A stretch of DNA of 64,000 nt from Amphiscolops sp. MND2022 (Eukaryota), in contig OZ076409.1 of the NCBI GenBank assembly GCA_964187785.1, positions 23,066,001-23,130,000 of the forward strand, read 5' to 3'. Below are positions 25,951 to 37,304 of this stretch, piece after piece. The translations under genes were made by a program, and so were the position numbers. Each line of letters opens with the position of its first letter. Within the stretch, counting starts at the first letter, position 1. The notes under the pieces are model-generated. The model was not told the DNA's origin. It made no database searches and saw only the letters and a program-made list of their open reading frames with translations.

Positions 25951-26639
25951 TAATGAGTATCGGTGGCGAGAAAATCAGCTTGCACAGCTACCACCCACTG
26001 GCGAGCGTTGGAACTTCCTTTCACCGGATGAGTTCGACAAACTGCCTTTTGCACCGTGGTTTGACGTTCAGGGCAGAGTCATTCCAAATCACCCTGAACT
26101 ACCCGAACACTTGCAGAACATGGAGCGTGCAGCTCCCAACCCCGTACGTCGTGTTTTTCGCCCAACACAGTAAGCGGGACAAGCAGGCGAAGGCGTTAGC
26201 TGCGCCTTTACCGCCCCTGCCCTCACCCGAACTGCAAGTGAATGAAGATTTTCATCCAAATTATCCAGAAGAGTGGATAGATGTCACCCAGGAGGCCAGC
26301 GAAGATTATCTGTTGCTGACTCATGCTGCCAATGTTCCCTCGCAGACAATATACTCTGTGACTGAAGCCAGTATCAAAACGATACAAGGTGCTCCCTCAG
26401 GAGTGTGTGATTCAGTCATGGCCCTTCGAGATATTGACAGGGAGCACCATGAACCTGCCAACAGCGTGCATGGAATCAAGGATTTGGTTATAGCCCAAAA
26501 CCGTGATGTCCATGTGCTGGCCAATAAAAAGCTGGTCCTGAACGAACCTATAGACAACGACATTTTTCCTGAGGACGCGCGGTAGTTTGCACGCAATTAC
26601 TTCCGACAAAAGAAGTGACTCTTATATATTAACAAGAAC

Positions 26640-27730
26640 GTGGTTCTTTGTGTGCAATGTCCACCTACCCAGCGTCCATTGCACAAACGTCCGTGCATGA
26701 GTGTCATGCCACAGCTATATCAGCATGAAATCTTGTTCCGTGTTCATGATGCCATGGGACACCAAGAAACTTCCAAGGTCGTTGCTGGCATTCAAGAACG
26801 CCATACTTGGTCTTGCCTTCGCTGCTGCGTGGACAAGTACGTAGGTCAATGTCTCACGTGCCAGCAAGTGCGTGCTGAGCCTGGTAACGTCAGGTTTCTT
26901 CTGAAGATCATCCAAAGTGGATACTTCAATGAACTACTTCAATATCACCACCTGAGAGTTTGCCCCTCAGATAGTAACAACACGGGCATTCTGGTAATCA
27001 TTGATCACTTCTCAAAATTTGCTCAGGCTGTTCCTTGGAGCCATAACGACTACGATGCTGTAACGACCTCGAGGCTGTTATTGCAGAAATGCTTTGCGCG
27101 TCATGGCACGCCAACCCGCATGCAGTCAGACAATGCTCACAACTTGACAGCGGAGGTGTCTAACGAGTTTTTGAAAGCGTCTCATGTAACTAAGGTGACC
27201 TCCACTGCGGGGCATCCACGAACTCAAGGTCTGGTGGAACGCCAGAATCGCACACTTTTAACCTTCTTACGTGTATTCTGCTCATGTCGCATGCGCGACT
27301 GGGACCAGTGTCTTGATGAGGTTATGGGTGCCTATGATTCCACAAGGCACGCTATCACTCGCTTTTTGCCATATATGATCACAAGTGGCATAGAAAAAAC
27401 CATTTGCCTCTTATTTCTGTATCCCGAGTTCGCAACTCATTCTTTCGAATCACATGAAGTACGCCAACAAGAAATCCACGACTTGGTGCGCCGTAGTAAG
27501 CGCCAACCTCAGTTACGTCAAAAATTGAAATACGCTGCGACATTCAAGCACGGTCCTACCAGCTTGGCGACTTGGTGTGGGTCTTCTGCCGCTATGTGCC
27601 GCAGAGGGGCTCGCCGAAATTGATGCGTGCCTGGCGTGGACCAGATAAAGTTGTGCAGGTATTTCAGGATGGTCGTGTTTATGTCCTTGATACCGGACAA
27701 AAGGTTCACTTCGAACGCCTCAAGCCGCAC
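26640..27730 (+). pseudogene. pol: Integrase (HHCC, DDE core, GPY/F-like C-terminus)
   Basis: HDAMGH...CLTCQ; LVIIDHFSKF; SDNAHN; HPRTQGLVERQNRTL; frameshifted KLMRAWRGPDKV...VHFERLKP. Confidence 0.95.
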
Positions 27731-28860
27731 TAAAGCGAGCCTTTGGAATTTGCCACGGCGCAAGCAAATGGCGATGACATTGTAGTTCTGGTGAACCCAG
27801 AGCTGGAGCGTTCCGTCGATGTTGTCGACGACGATATATCTCAGTCTTCTTATGAAACTGAGTAATTACTTTCAGAGGCATCTGATGTGGCCTTGCCTTC
27901 GCGAGGACGTCACTTAATGGACACTCGCCTGCGCACGAGACTCCGTACAGGCGGTTCATGCATGCACTATCAACAATTCCATTAGTCTACCTCTGGTACA
28001 GATGACGAGTTGTCTGATGTCATGTTGCCGATTCCTCCTAATACTATCGATGCTGATCACCTGGAGCCTGTGGCCCCTATCCCTTCGTTGGATCAGTCGA
28101 TATCACCTACACGTCAACTACCGCAAATATTCTCGGACCATGAACGTGCACGCTCCCTGTCACCCCAACTAACAGCGTCTGAGAAAGAACCTTCGTTGCT
28201 GGGTACGTCAGCACCCTTGGTAACCAATCCATCACTGACGGATTTCCTCAGCAACTATCCTATTTGGCCTACCGCCACCCAACTGCCTCTCTTGTCCGTC
28301 AGCACAGACAGCGATGACCCACACCCCTCGGCCCCTGTCATTACCTCCGCATTGTCGGTAGCAGGGACCTCTCCATCTCCTAAAGGGAAGAAGGGGAGAC
28401 CACCCACAATCCAAAAGAGACGACTAGTTCAGCCGAGAGCAAGAACGAGGAAGAAAAAGACGCCGAGGAAGGTAGCAGAATCTGATAGACCAACTGCATC
28501 GGAAGCTCCCAGGTACCAATTGCGGAGTAAACGCCGACCGCGTTACAAATGTGGAACTTGTGGACTGCGGGATTGCGTTTGTCTATTGGCTGTGAGTGAG
28601 AACCGGGGGTTCCCACTGGAGCCCGGGGAGTTCTTCCGGAAGGGAGAGAAGCAGAAAGTCTGGTGCATCGCCTCACAGTCCGAGCCGAGAAGACATTCTG
28701 CTGTTGAGCGATTTGGAGACCACCCACTGGACACAATCCTTCAGAAGTTAATGTTACCCGGAGCTGCGAAAGTCCCGTGTCCTAGGTTTAAGGAGTGGTC
28801 CAGTGACGGAAAAAGATTGGAGATCACCCTTGGCTACTGTGATGCCTCCAGTGCCAAGCA
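27731..28860 (+). pseudogene. Post-integrase extension: acidic/Pro-Ser-rich linker, AT-hook-like KKGRP, basic tract, CxxC-xxxx-CxC cluster
   Basis: ORF 28010-28927: PKGKKGRPP, RYQLRSKRRPRYKCGTCGLRDCVC. Confidence 0.6.
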
Positions 28861-29887
28861 AGTTTGTCTTTGGACCGTTCAACTTTCAGCGCGAGCCTGT
28901 ACAAATGGCTCGTTGCATCACTGCTGACCTGTTATGTGACAAGTGTGGAGTACACGTAGAGCCTGGTGGGGTCTACAGTCCGGCCCCGCATTGTGGCTGC
29001 TGATCACTGCTCCACGAGTGGAAGCTATGGTGGATCCGTCACACCTGTTGTCCTGCTTGGAGAGCCTAAAGACTCTCACGACTGCGAATCTCATATTCTG
29101 TTTCCACATTGTAGACTGGTATCGGGATAAGGTGAAGTTTGCTTGGTTAGAGCTGATAATCACCTGCTTTACCAATTACCCTCGTATCCGTTTGTTGGAC
29201 GAGTGAACCCATACCTTTGAAAGTCCACTTTCCCCAATGGCCGCCCTGGGCACTTTGAATCTCTGGACAAAGACTAACAGTGACAATCGAGCAATGCCGC
29301 GCTCGGTGTGACAAGACTTAGCCAAAATCCAAGGACGCACACCTCGTGTGTGTCTCCCTTCTGACAATGGGCCTGGACGTGAGATTTTCTATCCCGGAGC
29401 CCTGTATCCCAATTTGGTGGATTATATCTCCTATGATGTAACGGATTTTCTGCAGGCGGAGGGCGACATACCGTTGGCCTGCCCCGCCGATCTCGAAACT
29501 AAGTCTGCCGCCCTACGGTACATTCTGAGAGGTTGTGGGACGGAGCGTATATTCTCGCTACGAACACAAGTGGGTGAAGTCCTAACTATCCCACATGAAA
29601 TCACTGACAATTCAACTCAAAGTATCCATTTGTTGGTAGTCCGAGCAAAACAGCATACGCCGCTGATAGCCCACGACTATCTGCACTGCATGGCACAGCT
29701 AACAGCGCCTAGCAGACAAGGGATCTACGACAGTCCATTTGCCTATCATGGACCCAGAAGGGCCTATTCGCTGGTCAACCGGTATCATGCTGTGATGAAA
29801 TTGTTCGCGGGTACTGACATCCGCGTAGTCCTACACAACCGCGTGTATGTGTCCATACTCAGCGTAGGACTAGATAAGTCATTATGA
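28860..29887 (+). pseudogene. Two tandem degenerate TARG1/Poa1p-like macrodomains at the pol C-terminus
   Basis: Copy 1 FVFG..MARCITADL..PGGV..LWLLIT..LLSCLESLK..DKVKF..LIITCF..IRLL; copy 2 ISYDVTDF..LACPADL..QVGEV..IHLLVVR..(shifted)KGSTTVHLPIMD..MKLFAGTDIRVVLH; both follow the OARD1/TARG1 motif pattern by eye. Confidence 0.65.
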
Positions 29888-30175
29888 ACTCTTTTTTCCC
29901 TAGTCTTGAAGTAGCCCTTTTATTTACCTTAATCTATTTTTCTAGATTCAATGGGAGAGCCTTGAGCCCTCTTATGTAGTTGGCTAAAACACTTTTAAAG
30001 TCGTTTTTTTGTTCTCAGTTAGTGTTAGTTTTCTTTAAGTTTAGCACCCTCTACCTACAATGTTCCCTTATGGAACTCAATTCATGTACATTCACCTTGG
30101 TGTTGAGCCTGAAGCTCTCGCCGAAAACCACTTTATTCTGAACCTAACGTAAGCTTTTTTAAGACCTATGAGTTT

Positions 30176-33100
30176 ATGGCATTTTACCCCAATAATTCAA
30201 TGCCTCCTCCAGTGCCTGCCGGCACTCCAAGAGCCCAAGAAACTGTGCGAGGGCAGCGGGTTAATCGAGCGCAATACGTTGGGGAGCGCCTTAGGAACGG
30301 TATTCCACCTGTAGCCGTGGCTTTACTCACTCAGTTAGAGACTCAGCAGACCCTGCCAGGTATGTCTCTTTCCATTTTTGCAGAGGTGGATGGCTACCGG
30401 CGCACCATAGTTTGCCAAAATAATAGCTGGGACGGGTATGATCTGACCCACCAGTTCTTGGACGAAAGGTCCATTGCAGCTTACGGACCTAGCCAGGGCA
30501 CCACCTTCGAACAGGAAGCATCCTTGCGGATGATGCCCGCAAACTTGACTACACCACAGTTGCCGCCTCTACAGATGGTATCCTGTCAGCCAGTAGTACC
30601 TAAGCCAACACCAATGACGCCAGATAGAGCGCCGCATATGATTATGCAAACAACGTGCCGAGCACCAACGTCTGACCGGAAGCCTTCGGGGTACCGTCTG
30701 CCTCCTCTGCTGAATCCGGATCTCACTGGTCAAAATCCTGGAGCAGTGATAGTGGCGCTGCAAGCCGAATCCAACTATCCAGAACCGTCAGACTCCCGGC
30801 AAGCCGTGCAACAACGACTACCATGTCTAGCTGCGTACTTGCGAACCGCCGCTCAGCCCTCGGGCTGTGAACCACAAGCAACACCAGTTGAATCCTTACC
30901 CATGGAAGCTGAAACCACAGCTGGCATCAGTAGGAACGCAACAGCATGTCCTAGCGACGAAGCAGGACAAAAAAATATGACCCAAGAAACCACCGCATCC
31001 ACATCCGCAGGCATGGTGACCGAGAGCCCTACTAGTTGTCCTCCACCAAACAAACAACGACCTAAAGCACCGCAACTGACGCTGAAGAGTGTGGTGATCC
31101 CAAAGCCATAGTTTTGAGTTGGACACCGAGGTGTAGCTGCAGCGCAAATGTCAATGAGAGAAGCTGTAGAAAAGTATGGAACCCCTGAAGCTGGCTCTAG
31201 TACGAGCTCTGTGCACTCGGGCACAGCTACACCCGCAACCGCGGTACCTCCCGCTGAAACAATCGAGGCTGAGGAACCGCGCCCACCAGCATTCTTGCCA
31301 CCTTCTGCGGATTTGTCTGGCGCCATAGTGGCTAGCAATTCAAAGCGCATCTGGGAAGCAGCGGAGTTCTTCCACGCCCACATGTATGCCACAAACAGAG
31401 GAGTGCCTCCCAAATAGGCTGATCAAAATATGGTGAACCGGTACAGTATCGTTGCCCACGTCACTCGTACGCTCCGTGCTCGCAATGTTGACATGTCAGA
31501 ACAAGCCTGGGAGCAAAGCGTTGTTGAATGACTACCCGGAACACCTCACAACTATTTAGCCGCCTTGCAACACAATTAACCCGAACAGTTCCCTGCGAGG
31601 TACTCATTGCGAGAAGGAGAAACTTGGGAGGGAAATGCCCGATATTGACGTCATTGAAGCCCCTGTTAAAGAGTGTATTGCAACGTGCCCGTTACTGCTT
31701 GGTGGTAGACTCAACTTGCAGAAGTGATTTGCAGATTGACAACTTGATGCCGGATGTGATGATGATGACCATGCCACTAGCACGGATCCCTGAAATGGCA
31801 GAAATGGTTGTGGCGATATTCGCGCCAGAACTCACCGGTTTTCTGAAGGAACCACCACCACAACGTATGATAATCGCTAATGTACTGGATCACATGGCTT
31901 GTGAAGGGCTGCTGATAGAACTGAACGCAGTCATGGACGACACAAGAAATCCCGATGGTGCTGGCGGTTTACCACAGCTGGTACCTGACGCGTTGGAGAC
32001 AGCCGTAGGGATCCTTCGGGGACGATTGGAAGCATCCGTGCTCTTCGTGTCGCCGCCTGGATTCATGAATTGGGAGAGGATTCTCCAGAAGTTCGTTTAT
32101 CTCTTGATGGAGGTGTGCAATGCTCGCCTTATTGACTTTGCCTTATCTGTGCCCCGATCTTGCGAGTGGGTGCTGGTGACCTGTGCCCTGCTAGACTTTC
32201 TTACCACGCCTACATAGCAGCCAACTCAAGTGTGGCACAGTGCGTGGATCGCTCTGGCAACGCACAGTTGACTTTATATGACGCTATCCACTATGACCAA
32301 GGTATGCCCAAGGAATGGGTCGGATGACTTTCGACCAGCATGGTCGCCAGCTGACGAAAGAAGCAACTGCCGTTGAACGAGAAGCAATACGCCGTCACAA
32401 TTGGTTAGTACGAAACTCCACCGAAGTGCCTATCCGTGAAGAGCTCACTGAAATGGTGAAGCAAATTGCCGCTTGGCCCGCTGCGCGTGCAGTCGAGAGG
32501 ACTATTCCACAGATTCGCTTTGCATCTGGGACAGAGCCAGTAAAACGTCCTGTGGGACTGCGCCATTATTTTGCTACTGAATCTACCAACCTGAAAGCAG
32601 AAGTTAACGCCTGTGCGATCACCTATGCACACTTGTACCAAGGCCGCTTTTTTGATCGAACCCTGTCAGATGTAGCATGTGAGCTCATTCTTCCCCTCGA
32701 GACCGTTTGCACTAGCCTTGGCCTGGGCTGGAATTTGGATGAACTTGCGACTGAGTTTGCACTCTCCGACTTTCAAGCGAATAAGCTAATAGAAAGCCTC
32801 GGAGAAATGACCATTGGAGACGTGCTAGCGCTCGCGGTAGCGGTAGGTCCAGCCAAGATCGTGGCAGGTCCACTGGCCCTGCTGATTGAAATAGGCGTGT
32901 CCTGCTACTTAATCATGTTCTACAGTTACCTGATTCTAGCTCAAGGACAGCTTCATAGCTTGGCTCGCTGGGGTCATATTTTGTATATGAAAGACCTGCA
33001 TGACTACTCAGCTCAACTAGAACGTCTGCGTGCATCGATGCAGCACTGGTTGTATTCGACCTTGGTTTACGCATCAGGATTGTTCGTTAATGTTGACCAG

Positions 33101-34173
33101 GTGCAGCCTCTGCATGACCCCGATCGCCAGTTGCCCTGAGAAACTGCTGGGTTTCCTATGCCGCAGCAGCTTGCTGACCTGACACTAGCCGAAGTAGAAG
33201 ACTTCATTCTCGCAATGGCGTCCGTCTTGGCTCCCATCTTTGGTGCCATTGGAGTATCTTGTTATCCGACCAAGCCGATTGCAATAGCACTACGCGTGCA
33301 TCCGGTATCTATATGCACTTATCTGCAAGGAAGTCCGCCATTGACGTATCCCAGAGTTCTAGACACCGTCATGAGTGGAGAAATGCCTCAGGCTTACACC
33401 ACCATCAAAACAGAGAAACAGTTGGAAGAAAATTTAATGGGTGTTGACGCTCTATATTCATTCAAGTGTATCACGTTCCCTAACCGGTACTGGAAAAAAC
33501 CGGAAGGTGAGCTCGTGCACGCCCTGTAGGATGAGCGCCTGCTTGTCTAAATCATCAACTATAGCATTTGGACTTGGCCATAGTCCCTGGCTGGATTGAA
33601 GGTGTTGGCTGGATAGAAGAACCCTGTATGGCAGCCTCAAGGCAAGATGACCATTTCTGGCGACATGCCATTTGTGATGCACGACGTTGTCAATACCGTG
33701 CTAGGCCCTCGAGCCCGTGCAGAATGGGAGGAGCATTGCCTAGAGATTGAGATTGCCAGCTTCCTCAATTGGAAAAAAGCTTGCGAGCTCTGGAACCAGC
33801 CAGGCTGGGTATCCAAGCGTATAGCCTTGGAAGTCTACAGCAGATCACAAACCGCTCGGCAACAGGCGTTCTAACGAGAGCGATGTCTCTAGATCAACAA
33901 GTGACCAACGCTTCGTCAGCGCATGAACTAGAGGTTGAACCAATGAGTCCACGGATCACCCATGAGCCGACTGGAGAGCATGCAGCGGAGTTAACTCCAA
34001 ACACCGCTCTGATCCAACCAATTGCCGATTTGACTTTGCGTGAAGTTGTTTCTGATACCGAAACAGTAACCACTGTAGTGTTGCCCAAGAGAAGAGCTTC
34101 TTTCTCCACGCAAAACGATGAGACAACTGATGAAACCACCAAGGAAAGAGCTCGACGCAATTCAGCTCAGTAA
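30176..34173 (+). pseudogene. Accessory ORF3 (~1300 codons, disrupted) in env position; Pro-rich N-terminus, SGNH-hydrolase-like segment, unknown helical C-terminal part
   Basis: Chain of long + strand ORFs 30176-31111, 31148-31417, 31528-32217, 32315-33139, 33158-33529, 33647-33874, 33769-34173 inside the LTRs, with coding-like GC content. Confidence 0.75.
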
Positions 34174-34952
34174 AGCCAAGCCGTAAGTGGGAGCGTTCGC
34201 GCTTCCTAAGACTCTGGTGATTCCTTCCAAATTGAAACTTGCTCAGAATATTTGCTTTACGTTGTTCCAATCATACAAGGTGCTACCAATCCTACAAGGT
34301 GCAATTTTTGTTACTTAGTTGATAGTTGATAGTTACGCTTACTATTGTTTAATCTGCAGTGGGTGTATGACCCTTGAGTACGTCTGCCCCAGTTGCTCGC
34401 TTTGCAATAAAAAAGTCAATATGAACCAAGAGATTACTGTTATTTTTGTTTAAAACCGTTCGCGGTGTCCTTGAGTTGCAATAGCTCAAAAAGAACTTTT
34501 AGTCGCAGTTGGACTGTAGTTTCCTGTCCTGTGAATTCTATCGGTTGCTTCGTAAGTATATGAGCTTTAACGCTCCTAGAAAATGTTTTAAAATGCTTGA
34601 AAAGAGAAAAAGATGCAAAAAAACCGAACTGAATAAAAAAAGTTTTTAGCTGACAGTTGTCGCAAAAAAGATTTTAGACGCAATTGACTGTCAAAACAGG
34701 TGTATAACGGCTGAAAACCCAAGCTCTCGAGCTGGTGCTGAAACCTCGTTCGTATTTTTGTAAAAGAACTAGGCAGTAAGAAGTTATTGAAGTAAGATCG
34801 CGAAAAATGTCCAAAAAAGTTGCTGAAAAACAAGGATTCGTCCTTGTCTCCTAATTTGTGGATGACGACCCTCAGAAGCCAAAGTGGTTCAGTTCCAGGA
34901 CGAGACCCTGTGACGATTGCCAGGGACGACAAGCCAGAAGCCCATAGAGTGA

Positions 34953-35689
34953 TGTAACGGCAACTGCTGATGTCAACAGTTTTCATCATTTTTCAACAAA
35001 GAACCAAAACTTCGTTCAAATCTAACGTGGCAACCTGAACATGTTTGCGGTCAAAGACCTGCCAGAAAAACAGCCTCAAAAGTGATGAGAAGCCGCCCGC
35101 GAGAACAAAAACAGCAATACCAGCTTCTAATGCAGCTCTTCTGACGATTTTTCACGGTATTGTGCCTATCTTCGACACGATTCCTCCACTTTTGTAGCAG
35201 ACACCCGTGAATCCAGATGTTTGCCTGAAGATCCCTGTGGTGTTCTGTGGTGCTACCAGCTCGAGCGCTGGATATTTCTTTTGATCTCCTCATGAAGAAC
35301 GGGCTCAAACTGTTATATTTGATGTATTTGTTGTAGTTTAGATTGATATGCTCGAGAGCTGTATAAATACCAGCTGTGCTATTGATCATTATTGGCGATT
35401 TGTTAGATTTCCCTAAGCTATGGTTTAACTCGAATTCAATCTTTCGGTCCCCTTTTTAGAGTCTAAGTAAGCAGTGGTCTTTAGCCCAAGGAAGATGCCT
35501 GTTATTCGTAGCAGTTACAGACTGGGACCAGGCCAGAGAGCATCCTATAAGACGGTTCCCACACCCTGGGACTTCCTCCCTTGGAGGCAAAATGAGCTAG
35601 GGCCGTGGAGATCTAAGTCCCGGATCATATTCACAGTTCTAGTTCTTCCACTTCTAAGTTTTGGTTAAGCGCCAGCGCTTGTCGTTACA
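34953..35689 (+). repeat. 3' LTR (737 bp)
   Basis: TGTAACGGCAAC...CTTGTCGTTACA; TATAAATA at ~35362. Confidence 0.95.
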
Positions 35690-36508
35690 TTTTTGAAACG
35701 ATCTATAGATTTTCACGCATCAGATAAAGAGGACATGACGTAAAAGATTTAAAAACTTCTCAAAAGGGTTTCAGTCAAATGAAAAACTAATATGAAAATG
35801 CTTTCAACCCTTCTGTACCGACGTTTACATCAGCTTAACTTCCCATTATATCTGAACCGCATATGGTTTCTTTTCGTCCCTTACGAAACTATTTTGAAAT
35901 TTTTGATGAAATTCTCCATACTCGTTTGAGGAAAACATTGAAAAAAATAAAACCATTCAATGATGGTTATCACAAAATCTCCGACAAGTCAAAAAAATAC
36001 CGACAATGATGGTTTCATGGTGTAATTTCCACCATGAAAGTTGACTTCCAAAACAATAGTGATAGTAGTCATCCGCTTTCTCATAGTCATCCTCTTAACT
36101 AGGAAGAGTTCAAGGGGTCACGTTTTGAATAAAAAGTTCCAAAAGTACCGAAAAAGTACCAAATAACAAGTTTTCATAGGCGTATTTCGGTTTTTCGAGT
36201 TAGTGAAACCAAACTCCTTGATGCTGTTTTCGCTGTACACTGTTAGTTTGTTACTAGGCACAAGAAAAAAACGTGGTGCAGTCTTCAGTAAGGGTTTCAC
36301 TTCACCACGTGGAGCTGCAAGTAATCACATTTGTACACCCAAAACATTCTTCGAACAAGTTCTGAGAAAACAATAGTAGAGCATTTCCAAAACTGTTAAG
36401 ACTCTCCACAAATGTCCATTTTTAAATTACAAAGATGCTATTTTGGTTGTGAACATGAAAAGATTGATGTAAAGCTTGTACCAGCATAGATTTGAATCAG
36501 GGGACTCG

Positions 36509-37192
36509 TTTTTAGTCGGCGCTTCATGAAGTGAAACGCGACTATTATAGTGTCTCTTTTTTTTCTATCCACACGAACTGACCAAAATAGTTGTTAAAAG
36601 TTCTACAAAATATTATGGTGTCAAATTGCACCATTTGGCCTAGCGAACTGGACCAAAATGGTTTTACCTGTTTTTCCGCGTAACATACCATACCGGGAGA
36701 GACCAAAGAGTCCCCCCTTTCAATTTTTTTCGGCACTGCGAGACATTTTTTTCGGAATTTTTTTTTCGAAATTTTTTCTCCTCAAAGGGTCCCCCCGTAT
36801 TTTTTTGATGTTTTGCGACAGAATGGATGTTGGAAAATCCCAAAGGGTTCCTCCTTTCAGTTTTTTCGGCATTATGAGATTTTTTCCCGAAAATAAAAAA
36901 AAATTTTCTTCAATTTTTTCATGCTTTGCGACAGAATGGATGTTGAAAAACCTCAAAGGGTCCCCCTTTCAGTTTTTCGGCATTGTGAGACGTTAGCGCG
37001 CCAGGGGCTCGCGCTAGCGAGCCCCGGCGCGCCACTCGGTCCAATTTTTTTAGTATGTAATTTTTTCAAAAAAAAAATTTCGAAAAATTTTCGATTTTCG
37101 ACTTCTGTAAAAGAATACTTGACACTTGGAAGTCTTTTTGCTATTTTTGAGCCTTGGATATGGCGCCGACTTGGGCCGGTCCCGGCTTGTTT
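36509..37192 (+). mobile_element. DINE-1/HINE-like element (inverted copy of 2091-2770)
   Basis: TTTT-AGTCGGCGC...GCGACT partial IR at 5'; GCGCCGACT + hairpin GCCGGTCCCGGC + TTGTTT at 3'. Confidence 0.8.
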
Positions 37193-37262
37193 CATGTTCT
37201 ACCCAGAATCCCATGGGCGTAGGGCAAAGTGTTTATTGTTCAAAGGTGTTTTCTCCTAATTA

Positions 37263-37304
37263 GATGATAAAATCTTGTAGATTAATCTACAAGATTTTAT
37301 CATC
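37263..37304. repeat. Perfect 42-bp palindrome
   Basis: GATGATAAAATCTTGTAGATT|AATCTACAAGATTTTATCATC. Confidence 0.95.

Larger units (their letters stand above)
18075..35689 (+). mobile_element. Giant (17.6 kb) Ty3/Gypsy LTR retrotransposon, decayed, with extended pol and extra ORF
   Basis: Paired LTRs, PBS, gag-PR-RT-RH-INT order; flanks rejoin into one MITE TIR, supporting a single insertion. Confidence 0.95.

Noticed and set aside
30176..34173. ORF3 as a retroviral/errantiviral env gene
   Set aside because: No evident signal peptide, furin site plus fusion peptide, or C-terminal TM anchor; only its position is env-like.
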